DNA from: a virus
Taxonomy: Duplodnaviria > Heunggongvirae > Uroviricota > Caudoviricetes
IMG/VR virus record: IMGVR_UViG_3300011399_000002
Span: 55,871-119,870 of that record
Length of the DNA: 64,000 bases
Reading direction: 5' to 3' (one strand)
Shown: piece by piece, positions 28,432 through 36,315 of the stretch
How the letters are laid out: every line of letters starts with the position of its first letter
How positions within the stretch are numbered: position 1 is the stretch's first letter
Translations under genes and position numbers: made by a program
Notes under the pieces: generated by a model
Database searches by the model: none
What the model was told of the DNA's origin: nothing
Seen by the model: the letters and a program-made list of their open reading frames with translations, nothing else

Positions 28432-29090
28432 AAGAATATCACAAGATTGACTCAGTATATAAGAGAGATGAAAGAGGAAAGTTTCTACTTGGTGAATTCT
28501 CTCGTCCTGAGTTTGAGTATCTAAAAGACCTTCCTTGGCTATGGACAGAGAAGATTGATGGTACTAATATCAGGGTAATGTGGAAGCCTGATGCTGCTTT
28601 TCCTGATGAGCCCTATATTAGTTTTGGAGGTAAGACTGAAAATGCTCAAATTCCCACTAAACTATATAGCCATCTAGCAACAACGTTTGCTCCATTGATG
28701 AATCAACTAATTGATACATTTGGAGAGACAGAAGTTTGTCTTTATGGTGAGGGATATGGAGCAGGAATTCAGAAGGGTGGAGGAAACTACTCTCCTGATC
28801 AAAAATTCATTCTCTTTGATGTAAAGATCGGAGATTGGTGGTTGACTAGGGAGAACGTAGAGGATATTGGGCGTAAGTTAAATATTCCTGTTGTACAACT
28901 AGGTCCACGCTATACTCTTTCTGAGATGATTGAGTATGTTGAACAAACTGCTAGGCTTCTAGAAGGAGCCCCATTTTCTAATATTGGAACAGCAAAAATT
29001 GAGGGTTGGGTAGGAACACCTGCTATTCCTCTATTTGCACGTAATGGTGATCGTATTATTACCAAGGTTAAGTATAGGGACTTTAAGTAA
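28428..29090 (+). CDS. RNA ligase-like nucleotidyltransferase (Rnl2-type)
   Basis: Motif I WTEKIDGTNIRV (KxDGxN), downstream YGEGYGAGIQKGG; size of an Rnl2 adenylyltransferase domain. Confidence 0.55.
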   Translation: MKEYHKIDSVYKRDERGKFLLGEFSRPEFEYLKDLPWLWTEKIDGTNIRVMWKPDAAFPDEPYISFGGKTENAQIPTKLYSHLATTFAPLMNQLIDTFGETEVCLYGEGYGAGIQKGGGNYSPDQKFILFDVKIGDWWLTRENVEDIGRKLNIPVVQLGPRYTLSEMIEYVEQTARLLEGAPFSNIGTAKIEGWVGTPAIPLFARNGDRIITKVKYRDFK

Positions 29091-29332
29091 TGACTGAGTT
29101 TGATGAGAAGATGCTACCTGAAATCCTAGCAGACAGGATAGGTGAGCGCTTTGAGTGGACTAATGCCCATGTACTACGCTTTCTAGATAAGATGTTTGCA
29201 AAGGGCGCAGTAGAACTTCCTCAACTATGGAAAATATATCCACAGCAAATGACTGCACTCATGATGCACTATGGATGGAGTCTAAAGTCTATGGAAGATA
29301 CTATCTCTCATTGGAGTAGAAGTGGACGCTGA
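29090..29332 (+). CDS. hypothetical protein
   Basis: 80 aa. Confidence 0.4.
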   Translation: MTEFDEKMLPEILADRIGERFEWTNAHVLRFLDKMFAKGAVELPQLWKIYPQQMTALMMHYGWSLKSMEDTISHWSRSGR

Positions 29333-29666
29333 TGATATTGCTGAGTTTCTAGAGACTCTTGCACAGCGACTAACACCAACTGCTAATCACGTAGTTGAGT
29401 TAGTACAACGGCAACTACTCATTGAAGCAATACTAGGGGCAATTGTACTTGGTATTGCTCTCATAGCAATACTGATACTTTGGCTTCTAACTATCCGTTC
29501 ATATCGGGGTAGAGGACGTAACGCGGATACTATGTTCATTGTGTCTGCATTTGTATCAGGAACTACAGCATTTATAATGCTATTCTGTATTCCTGAGATT
29601 GCAACTCGTATCTTCAATCCTGAATGGGCAGTCATTCAGTATCTACTCAATCAGGTAGGTGGTTAG
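29322..29666 (+). CDS. hypothetical membrane protein
   Basis: Two predicted TM helices. Confidence 0.4.
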   Translation: MDADDIAEFLETLAQRLTPTANHVVELVQRQLLIEAILGAIVLGIALIAILILWLLTIRSYRGRGRNADTMFIVSAFVSGTTAFIMLFCIPEIATRIFNPEWAVIQYLLNQVGG

Positions 29667-29689
29667 TGAAATTAAAACCTCTAAGATGT

Positions 29690-29845
29690 ATGGTCTGTAA
29701 TAATGACATAGTTGTAGGACAATTCGCTAATATCGTGGTTGAGGATAATACTATTATTGGTGTTGTTCATACACGTAGAGGCGATAAGAGAGGAAAGACC
29801 TGCGCTGATGTAGTAATAGATCAGTATTCGGGGGCAAGTAAATAA
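29690..29845 (+). CDS. hypothetical small protein
   Basis: MVCNNDIVVGQF..., start after upstream stop. Confidence 0.3.
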   Translation: MVCNNDIVVGQFANIVVEDNTIIGVVHTRRGDKRGKTCADVVIDQYSGASK

Positions 29846-29867
29846 CTAATGGGTATGAATACATACT

Positions 29868-30314
29868 ATGGATACTAGATACTACTGGCATATCCACCAT
29901 GAAGAACTAGTAGAACCATTAATGGTTGGTCAGAATATAGATAAGCGGGTATACTACATAAATTGGGGCAAACCAGTAGACCAAAGACCATTAAGACTAC
30001 ATCTTATGAGGCCAGCATATATACCTGAGGATATACAAGGGAAGATAAGACGTAATGGTCTAGGTACCATTCTATATGACCCTGATTATAGTAGTGTGCG
30101 CACAGAGATAAATGATCTTCATGCCAAACAGTGTGATCCTCTTTGTCCTTTTGCTCTAGAAGATGAAAGATATCCAGATGATCCAGAAACGATATTCCAT
30201 TACCGTGATCTAGATGGTAATTGGTGTCTATCTGGTAGAGAGAACAGTAGAACATCAGACTGGGCGCAAGAGAATACATATAAAGAACCTATAAGAGAGA
30301 GTATAGAGACATAA
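29868..30314 (+). CDS. hypothetical protein
   Basis: 148-aa ORF, last gene before cassette array. Confidence 0.45.
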   Translation: MDTRYYWHIHHEELVEPLMVGQNIDKRVYYINWGKPVDQRPLRLHLMRPAYIPEDIQGKIRRNGLGTILYDPDYSSVRTEINDLHAKQCDPLCPFALEDERYPDDPETIFHYRDLDGNWCLSGRENSRTSDWAQENTYKEPIRESIET

Positions 30315-30520
30315 TAAGGGAGATAGGGGTAGTATCTGTATAGAAGGTACTGTCAGTGAAACTGTTGCCGATATAAAAAGCGCACAGTTACGCACAAAAT
30401 TAGCCAAATGAATAAAAACAAAGCCATTTATGACACAAAATCGTGCATAAATGGCTTTTTTATTGCATTATGTGTGCAATCCCTATTTCATTGTATATTC
30501 CCTTCCATATCCATATCCGT

Positions 30521-30540
30521 GAGCCAATGGAGCGTGGGTT
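30521..30540 (+). repeat. GAGCCAATGGAG cassette motif copy 1
   Basis: GAGCCAATGGAG-cgtgggtt-ATATAA-GGTACTA; downstream 8-bp hairpin ATATAAGG/CCTTATAT. Confidence 0.6.
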
Positions 30541-30591
30541 ATATAAGGTACTACCTTATATTCACCATATTTTGATCCATATCCTTATTTT

Positions 30592-30610
30592 GAGCCAATG
30601 GAGAGAGGGC
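30592..30610 (+). repeat. GAGCCAATGGAG cassette motif copy 2 (divergent 3-prime half)
   Basis: TGAGCCAATGGAG-agagggca-TTTAGC. Confidence 0.5.
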
Positions 30611-30837
30611 ATTTAGCAAGGGCTGGGTATAAATTCGTGCACAAATCTCATAAAAAGTGTCATTTTACTGTATATGCCGATACAAAATAAAAATCGAATT
30701 AGAATGGAGTCCAGTTACGTAGAGTATATACAAAAAAGAACCATATCCATATACTATGGTATATACCTGCACCTTCATCTGTTGAGATTAACCCTGGCCC
30801 ATTCTTGCTGACATTAGTGCTTTCAATAAAGAAGCAT

Positions 30838-30866
30838 TTGACACCATATTCGACCTGTGATATAAT
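30838..30866 (+). promoter_or_regulatory. consensus sigma70 promoter for cassette-1 gene
   Basis: TTGACA-17 nt-TATAAT, followed by ~100-nt leader with GTACCGC...GCGGTAC hairpin. Confidence 0.65.
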
Positions 30867-30971
30867 CAGGGTACCGCAGATGCGACAGGGCGGTACTTAA
30901 CAACTGAATAGGGTCAGGAATTAGTGGGACTGATTGAACCTGTGATTTCACAAAGAAAGGTTCAACCTGAA

Positions 30972-31268
30972 ATGACCACCTACACTATCGCCAAGATTCG
31001 CGTCGTTACTCCCACCGAAACCATGCGCGAGAAGCATCCAGATCGTGCATTCACTGTCTTCGGTCAATTCTTCAATGAGAAGGGTGACAAGTTGTCGATC
31101 ACTAATAAGGTGATCACAACGGAAGACATTCTGCATCCTGAATTCAACATCGATGTTGCAAAGGGATTGCTCACAATTCATTCTGGCGAAAGGGGACGCA
31201 AAGCAGCGGCTTCAATCACACAGAATGACGTTAACGACATTCTCACTGCAATCCGCAAGTCCAAGTAA
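30972..31268 (+). CDS. cassette-1 small protein, paralog family B
   Basis: Start at MTTYTIAK aligns with MALVTYFV of ORF 31756; shared GERGRKA and LTI blocks. Confidence 0.5.
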   Translation: MTTYTIAKIRVVTPTETMREKHPDRAFTVFGQFFNEKGDKLSITNKVITTEDILHPEFNIDVAKGLLTIHSGERGRKAAASITQNDVNDILTAIRKSK

Positions 31269-31378
31269 ATTCAATTAGTTTCACTTCTCCTGATCCTATT
31301 TAGTTGTTAATCATTCAGTTTCAATTAAGTAATTTAATAAAGTAAATTAAATTAAATTTCAATTTATTTACATAAGCC

Positions 31379-31398
31379 GAGCCAATGGAGTGGGTTCC
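31379..31398 (+). repeat. GAGCCAATGGAG cassette motif copy 3
   Basis: GAGCCAATGGAG-tgggttcc-ATATTG-GGATACTA. Confidence 0.6.
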
Positions 31399-31592
31399 AT
31401 ATTGGGATACTACATTGAAATTCATATCCTGTTCCATAAAATGAATTAGATTTGGTCGCGTTTACATAAACGAATTACAATTCGGATGCGGTTACATATC
31501 CATATCCATATCCATGCACCAATTGGTGAGTGCCAATCTTTCTCCGATTGATGATGCCGCGAAGGTTGCGAAGCCCTCCCAGCGGTGTAACC

Positions 31593-31629
31593 GAACCGCA
31601 ACCTTACCGCTACCCTACCGCAATTGACG
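31593..31629 (+). promoter_or_regulatory. ACCGCAA direct-repeat / TTGAC element (cassette 2)
   Basis: gaACCGCAACCttACCGCtaccctACCGCAATTGACg ~125 bp upstream of ORF 31756. Confidence 0.4.
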
Positions 31630-31755
31630 CGAGAGGCACAATCCGCGAAGATACACCTATCACCAACGAGGAACGCTCCTCCCGGTGAGAACCTTAACAA
31701 GAGAATAGGAACAGGGGACCTACCCGCCGAACAGGCAGAAAGGTAAGGTCCACCA

Positions 31756-32124
31756 ATGGCGCTCGTTACGTATTTCGTTGACAAGATGCGCGCGGTTCCC
31801 CCGACTGGTAAGGTCGCGGAGAATAACCCCGAGCGTGTCCTCACCGTCAATGGCGTTTTCTACAGCACCAAGATTGACGAGAACGGCAATCGGGTTCGCA
31901 ATGAGAAGATGTCCTACACTACCAAAGCCGTCGATATCGAAGATGTCCTCGCAGGGGCGGAAGTCGATCTAGACGCCGGTACGCTCACCATTCCCGCAGG
32001 GGAGCGGGGACGCAAAGCCGATCCGGGGCTGGACGCTAATAGCGTCACGTCGCTACTCAATTCCATCCGCAATCCAATTCCTGAGCCCGAGCCGACACCG
32101 GCACCGGCCACCAAGAGCAAGTAA
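31756..32124 (+). CDS. cassette-2 small protein, paralog family B (GC-rich copy)
   Basis: Paralog of 30972-31268; AGGTAAGG RBS; C-terminal PEPEPTPAPA tail. Confidence 0.5.
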   Translation: MALVTYFVDKMRAVPPTGKVAENNPERVLTVNGVFYSTKIDENGNRVRNEKMSYTTKAVDIEDVLAGAEVDLDAGTLTIPAGERGRKADPGLDANSVTSLLNSIRNPIPEPEPTPAPATKSK

Positions 32125-32250
32125 CTAATTGGTCCCCTGTTCCTATCTCTCACCTAATCCTATTCTGTAACGTAATTGTAACGTAATTGCAACCATTACA
32201 AATACATTACAATTTCATTACAAAATCGAATTAGAACAGGCGTTCGTTAC

Positions 32251-32270
32251 AGCCAATGGAGTGAGGACCC
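32251..32270 (+). repeat. GAGCCAATGGAG cassette motif copy 4
   Basis: cAGCCAATGGAG-tgaggacc-CTGTAA-GGGGACTA. Confidence 0.55.
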
Positions 32271-32325
32271 TGTAAGGGGACTATGATCATCAGAATGATG
32301 AGAATAGGCCAATCCTTCGGATAGT

Positions 32326-32370
32326 CCGCAACCTTATCGCAACCATATCGATACCGAACCGCAATTGACA
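32326..32370 (+). promoter_or_regulatory. ACCGCAA direct-repeat / TTGACA element (cassette 3)
   Basis: CCGCAACCttatCGCAACCatatcgatACCGaACCGCAATTGACA. Confidence 0.4.
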
Positions 32371-32439
32371 TAGGGAACAGGAACAGGCATAGTACGCATA
32401 TCAGGTAAGTCACCTGAGCCACGGAGAAAGTAACAGAAT

Positions 32440-32697
32440 ATGGCAAGATATACGGAACCTGAAATCTCTACCGATCGTATCCATGATGACGGACCGTCAT
32501 TCGATATCACCCGGACAGAGATTGTCGGAACGGTTCACCTCTCCACAATGGGGAAGGATAGTCCCGTTAGCGTAGCGTTCGGGATCATCGCATCCTATCT
32601 CAATGAGAACCTTCGTTGGGACGGCGATACCGAAATCTCATTCACGGTTCCTGAGGGTCATACCTTCACAATCAACGCTACTCCCGCTCGTCAATAG
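32440..32697 (+). CDS. cassette-3 small protein
   Basis: 85-aa ORF after AGGTAAGT...GGAGAAAG RBS region. Confidence 0.45.
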   Translation: MARYTEPEISTDRIHDDGPSFDITRTEIVGTVHLSTMGKDSPVSVAFGIIASYLNENLRWDGDTEISFTVPEGHTFTINATPARQ

Positions 32698-32802
32698 CCT
32701 GTAGGATCAACGTTCCTGCGCCTATCTCCCCGATGCAATCTACAAAGTAAATTGTTGATTGAAACGAGAGATTGCATCAAATGGGCGCAGGAATAAATCC
32801 TA
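32698..32802 (+). terminator. long imperfect hairpin (terminator-like) after cassette-3 ORF
   Basis: Nested inverted repeats TGTAGGAT/ATCCTACA, TTCCTGCGCC/GGCGCAGGAA, GATGCAATCT/AGATTGCATC. Confidence 0.35.
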
Positions 32803-32995
32803 CACAATGTCTTAAAGATAGACGAAAGGTAGGGTGATTAATATCCGACGATAGATATAGAGTACGCTAGGTAAATGTACTGGAAATGCGTACACTGGTA
32901 GTCAAAAACCTGATACTACCATCCGAATAAGTAAATGCATACTAATACAAATGAATAACTATTCATAAAAATGAATAAATATACATAATTGAATT

Positions 32996-33015
32996 GAGCC
33001 AATGGAGTAGGAACC
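32996..33015 (+). repeat. GAGCCAATGGAG cassette motif copy 5
   Basis: GAGCCAATGGAG-taggaacc-TATATG-AGGTACT, flanked by AATTGAGCC/GGCTCAATT inverted repeat. Confidence 0.6.
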
Positions 33016-33216
33016 TATATGAGGTACTGGCTCAATTGTTGAGCCTGAGATTGAAAGCGCTCAATTGAATTACAAATTGAATTGCGTTCAGGTTCGAATT
33101 CGAATTGAATTGCATTCTTGTTCTGTTCTATACGCACAGGCGCCACGCGCACGCACGCGCACGGACCTATAGGATGCGCCCCGGAGAAAGGTTGCGATAG
33201 GCGAAATCGTTAGCTA

Positions 33217-33256
33217 CCGAACCGCAACCATTTCGTAACCGTACCGCAATAGACAA
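33217..33256 (+). promoter_or_regulatory. ACCGCAA direct-repeat element (cassette 4)
   Basis: ACCGaACCGCAACCatttcgtAACCGtACCGCAATAGACA. Confidence 0.35.
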
Positions 33257-33343
33257 TCCTCTCGCAGAGGAGCATGATGTGCACATCAGATCGATACCCG
33301 ATCTGAGCCGGGAGGCAGGAAAGCCTCACAGTCAACAGAAAGG

Positions 33344-33649
33344 TTGGCACATAGGATGGGCGTCTTTCTCGATCAGGCGGTTCTGGTTCTGGAACTGGCA
33401 CCGGACGATACGCTGGCCGCGTGGACTGAGGACTACCTCAATCGCGCTCCGGCATTCTTCTCCCCCGACGCCGATCCGTCGCAGGTGATGGCAGACTCTC
33501 TGCTGGGCAACCTGTTGGAGAACGAGAACCGGCAGCGCGGGAACGCTGCTACGGCTCGCAAGGTCTTCGCCGTCGTGAATGACGCGATTGGCACCGGCTA
33601 CGCCTCCTATGAGGATTACCTCGCGTCGATCCTCGACAACGGCTTCTAG
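33344..33649 (+). CDS. cassette-4 small protein
   Basis: 101-aa ORF, GC-rich. Confidence 0.4.
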   Translation: MAHRMGVFLDQAVLVLELAPDDTLAAWTEDYLNRAPAFFSPDADPSQVMADSLLGNLLENENRQRGNAATARKVFAVVNDAIGTGYASYEDYLASILDNGF

Positions 33650-33657
33650 CCTAGCCT

Positions 33658-33688
33658 AGGGGAGAGGGATGCATAATCCCTCTCCCCT
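33658..33688 (+). terminator. strong hairpin terminator after cassette-4 ORF
   Basis: AGGGGAGAGGGAT-gcata-ATCCCTCTCCCCT, 13-bp perfect stem. Confidence 0.5.
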
Positions 33689-33781
33689 ATACAATGCATA
33701 TACAATGCATATGTATACTGTATAATCATACATGCATGAATATGCATGATGATGAATAATTATGCATCGAACATTTGTTCT

Positions 33782-33800
33782 GAGCCAATGGAATGAGAAC
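33782..33800 (+). repeat. GAGCCAATGGAG cassette motif copy 6
   Basis: GAGCCAATGGAa-tgagaacc-ATGATG-AGGGACTA. Confidence 0.55.
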
Positions 33801-33964
33801 CATGATGAGGGACTATGGATGAATTGAACAAGCGTTCGAATTCGAATTCGAATTGGATTTCGTTCTTGTTCCCGTTCTAGTGCATGGCTATGGATGGGTA
33901 GCATGGATTGGATGAGCATGGATGAGCCATGACCCCATGAGGGTAGGGCTCATCTATGAGAATG

Positions 33965-33998
33965 TAACCCAATCGCAACCTTTCTGCTACTTGACAAT
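33965..33998 (+). promoter_or_regulatory. CGCAACC / TTGACA element (cassette 5)
   Basis: aaCCCAATCGCAACCtttctgctacTTGACAatg. Confidence 0.35.
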
Positions 33999-34068
33999 GA
34001 CGCATGGTGCGGTACGATGGGCGTAGCCCATCGAGGTTCGATGGTAGATGGTAGAAAGGGTTAGATAG

Positions 34069-34401
34069 ATGATCTACTTTGAGAATGCGAAGCGTACAAT
34101 CGATGCGACAAACGTGCCGTTTCTCAACGGATCGAACGTCGGACCCGGCTTTATGATCGATGACGCCTATACGATGGAAAGTGAGCGCGCACGGTACAGC
34201 GAAGCGCACGATACCTTGACGCTTTGGGTCCAGCGCAAGGAATTCGCAGGATCGTACGCGAAGCGCAACATGCATGATCTGCTCTACGTGTTGGGTGACG
34301 AATTCGACCGCAACGAATTCGAAGCGTTCCTCGCCTATGAGAATGAGACAGATATGATGGTGACAGCCTACCGTCATGAGATGACAGTCGCGGGGTTCTA
34401 G
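34069..34401 (+). CDS. cassette-5 small protein
   Basis: 110-aa ORF, RBS GAAAGGGTTAGATAGATG; preferred over antisense ORF 33877-34407. Confidence 0.45.
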   Translation: MIYFENAKRTIDATNVPFLNGSNVGPGFMIDDAYTMESERARYSEAHDTLTLWVQRKEFAGSYAKRNMHDLLYVLGDEFDRNEFEAFLAYENETDMMVTAYRHEMTVAGF

Positions 34402-34439
34402 CCTCACCAGTCAAGGTGAGGGATGAGCAATCATCCCTC
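34402..34439 (+). terminator. tandem hairpins after cassette-5 ORF
   Basis: CCTCACC-agtcaa-GGTGAGG and GAGGGATGA-gcaa-TCATCCCTC. Confidence 0.4.
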
Positions 34440-34473
34440 ACCCATCCATCCTCACATGAAAGGTGAGAATAAG

Positions 34474-34560
34474 ATGATCGATTACACCATTCCGATCCTA
34501 TTGGTTGCGATGCTCGCGCTAGCCGCGCTATGGAGTAGCGCGCGAGCCTATCGCGGGTAA
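34474..34560 (+). CDS. small hydrophobic peptide
   Basis: 28 aa MIDYTIPILLVAMLALAALWSSARAYRG with GGTGAG RBS; below ORF-track cutoff. Confidence 0.3.
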   Translation: MIDYTIPILLVAMLALAALWSSARAYRG

Positions 34561-34570
34561 TCAGGAACAG

Positions 34571-34605
34571 CTAGGGGATTGTATATCTATACAGTCCCCT
34601 AGTAT
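34571..34605 (+). terminator. hairpin CTAGGGGA...TCCCCTAG
   Basis: 8-bp stem, 16-nt loop, ends the cassette array. Confidence 0.35.
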
Positions 34606-34609
34606 TCAA

Positions 34610-35440
34610 ATGAATACTTATGCATAATATGACTTTGCCCGACTGTTACAGTCTACAAATAGTGGAACCAAAATCTGCAACTTTTTAGATAACTCTATTC
34701 CCATCATAAATGATGGTAACGCTCTAAATTTACATGGTAATATCGACCAAGGCAAAAGAAAAGCCCTACTAGGGATCAAAAGAGTCCGGGGGGAAACTCT
34801 CAATCAACCTAGTAGGGCTTTCCTGTGTAGGGCTAAAAATTGATCAGCCGTGAGACAGAAGTCTTTAGCACTACACAGGATCAGCGTCACAATTGGACGC
34901 CCATATTAAGTTAGGTGACTGTCGTTTATGACAGCCGCTATCCGTTAGGATAGTTAGGTGGGGAGTGGGATTCAAGTTTACCCACATGACTCGACAGGAC
35001 TACTTTTCTCAAAGAAGTATTTACGAGTCAACCAACCGTTAGCCTTGACGCGAATTCATTCTCTTTGATGCTATCGTAAAGTTTGAATTCAGGCAACGCT
35101 TCGGCTCCGGTCAAAGAGCCTCCGTCATACTTTTACCTACTGCACTACTTGTTTAAGGTAATGTGTTTAGGTTTGACTAATCTCAGAAGTTTTACCCTTG
35201 ATTAGCCGACGTTATCTGCGTCCGATTGTACGTTACGCGACTGACCCTGTGGCAGTCACTTTCCGTCATCCCCCTGCAACCGCCGCTAAGCGGCTGCATT
35301 GGTTGTACTATAGGGCACCTGAGCGATCCCGTCAAGTTAAGGTTCCTTAACCGAGTTTCAGGAGCGTGTAAGTTTGAGTAAAATTGCGCTTGACCGCAGA
35401 ATAGACCCGTGGTAGGATAGTAGGACGTACCCGGTATGGG
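34610..35440. other. ORF-poor structured non-coding region
   Basis: No credible ORF; 14-bp hairpin AAAGCCCTACTAGG...CCTAGTAGGGCTTT (34762-34821), CCGCCGCTAAGCGGC palindrome, many shorter stems. Confidence 0.3.
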
Positions 35441-35659
35441 TTGAGAGGGGAGGAGGGGAACAGGGCCAAATTGTCGCATGAAAAACGCTGTTCTCGTTGT
35501 AGGAAAGACTTTCCCCAAACAGAATCCTTCTTCTACGTCAGCCGTCAAGGACGTAAAAAGGCTCCCGGCTTCCAGTCTTATTGTATCCCTTGCACTAAGA
35601 CTGTGAATGCGGAAAACAAACTCCGAAGAAAGATAGTACAGTACAAAAGAGGGGTTTAA
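35441..35659 (+). CDS. hypothetical basic zinc-ribbon protein
   Basis: CSRC...CIPC, Lys/Arg-rich, 72 aa. Confidence 0.35.
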   Translation: MRGEEGNRAKLSHEKRCSRCRKDFPQTESFFYVSRQGRKKAPGFQSYCIPCTKTVNAENKLRRKIVQYKRGV

Positions 35660-35735
35660 GCCGTGCAGACGGTTAAGTGTTCTGTTAGAACAGTTACTCG
35701 CGCCACTCCTCATCTTTGTAACTATAGAACGTCCC

Positions 35736-36062
35736 TTGCTTCCTGTGTCAGTTGTAGACAAGTGTTCTGCACTCGACACAGGAACAAGCACCGTGATTGA
35801 TGAAATCTTTGCCCTTCCCGGTATATCTTGGTATTACGAGAAGGGTGAGAAGGTAATCGTTAAGGCTCTTGATGATGATATGGAGCCAATCGGTGAAGCT
35901 CTTATGATCTATTCGGGCCAGAATGTAAACGTTGCTGTCAATGAACTAGAGCAAGTCACAATACCCTACTTCATTGATGTTAACGGCTCTCTTATGGGAA
36001 TTGACTATCCCTATCAGGAGATTATTCAGATATCTCGCCAACAGGAACACAACCCCACTTAG
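35736..36062 (+). CDS. hypothetical protein
   Basis: 108-aa ORF. Confidence 0.4.
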   Translation: MLPVSVVDKCSALDTGTSTVIDEIFALPGISWYYEKGEKVIVKALDDDMEPIGEALMIYSGQNVNVAVNELEQVTIPYFIDVNGSLMGIDYPYQEIIQISRQQEHNPT

Positions 36063-36282
36063 GGATATTAGATTTAGACAATGTAGCCACATGACCGATT
36101 TGTGGTGAATGATAGTCCGTTTCTACTACGCTGCTGACACTGGTATCACAGGTCTTGCAGTAACCAACTAAATAGATTTCATCGTGCAAGGGCATGAATG
36201 AGTACATCCAATTGTGCTTCATTTGTGCCCTTTCTTTTTGCCCTAAAGCATCTATTAATTCCTTTGGTAATTCTCCTTCCAT
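36022..36282 (-). CDS. hypothetical protein
   Basis: 86 aa, GGAGG RBS upstream on minus strand. Confidence 0.4.
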   Translation of the reverse strand: MEGELPKELIDALGQKERAQMKHNWMYSFMPLHDEIYLVGYCKTCDTSVSSVVETDYHSPQIGHVATLSKSNIPKWGCVPVGEISE

Positions 36283-36315
36283 ATTTCCTCCTAATATTTA
36301 GTCCTATCTAAGTGT

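Noticed and set aside
31446-34441. Long minus-strand ORFs 31446-31850, 33877-34407 and 34151-34441 in the cassette array
   Set aside because: They occur only where the DNA is GC-rich and run antisense to cassette ORFs with RBS and terminators; typical GC-driven spurious ORFs.
35192-35791. 199-aa minus-strand ORF in the structured non-coding region
   Set aside because: Low-complexity Ser/Thr/Arg-rich translation, no RBS context, antisense to two better small ORFs and sits in hairpin-dense DNA; treated as spurious.
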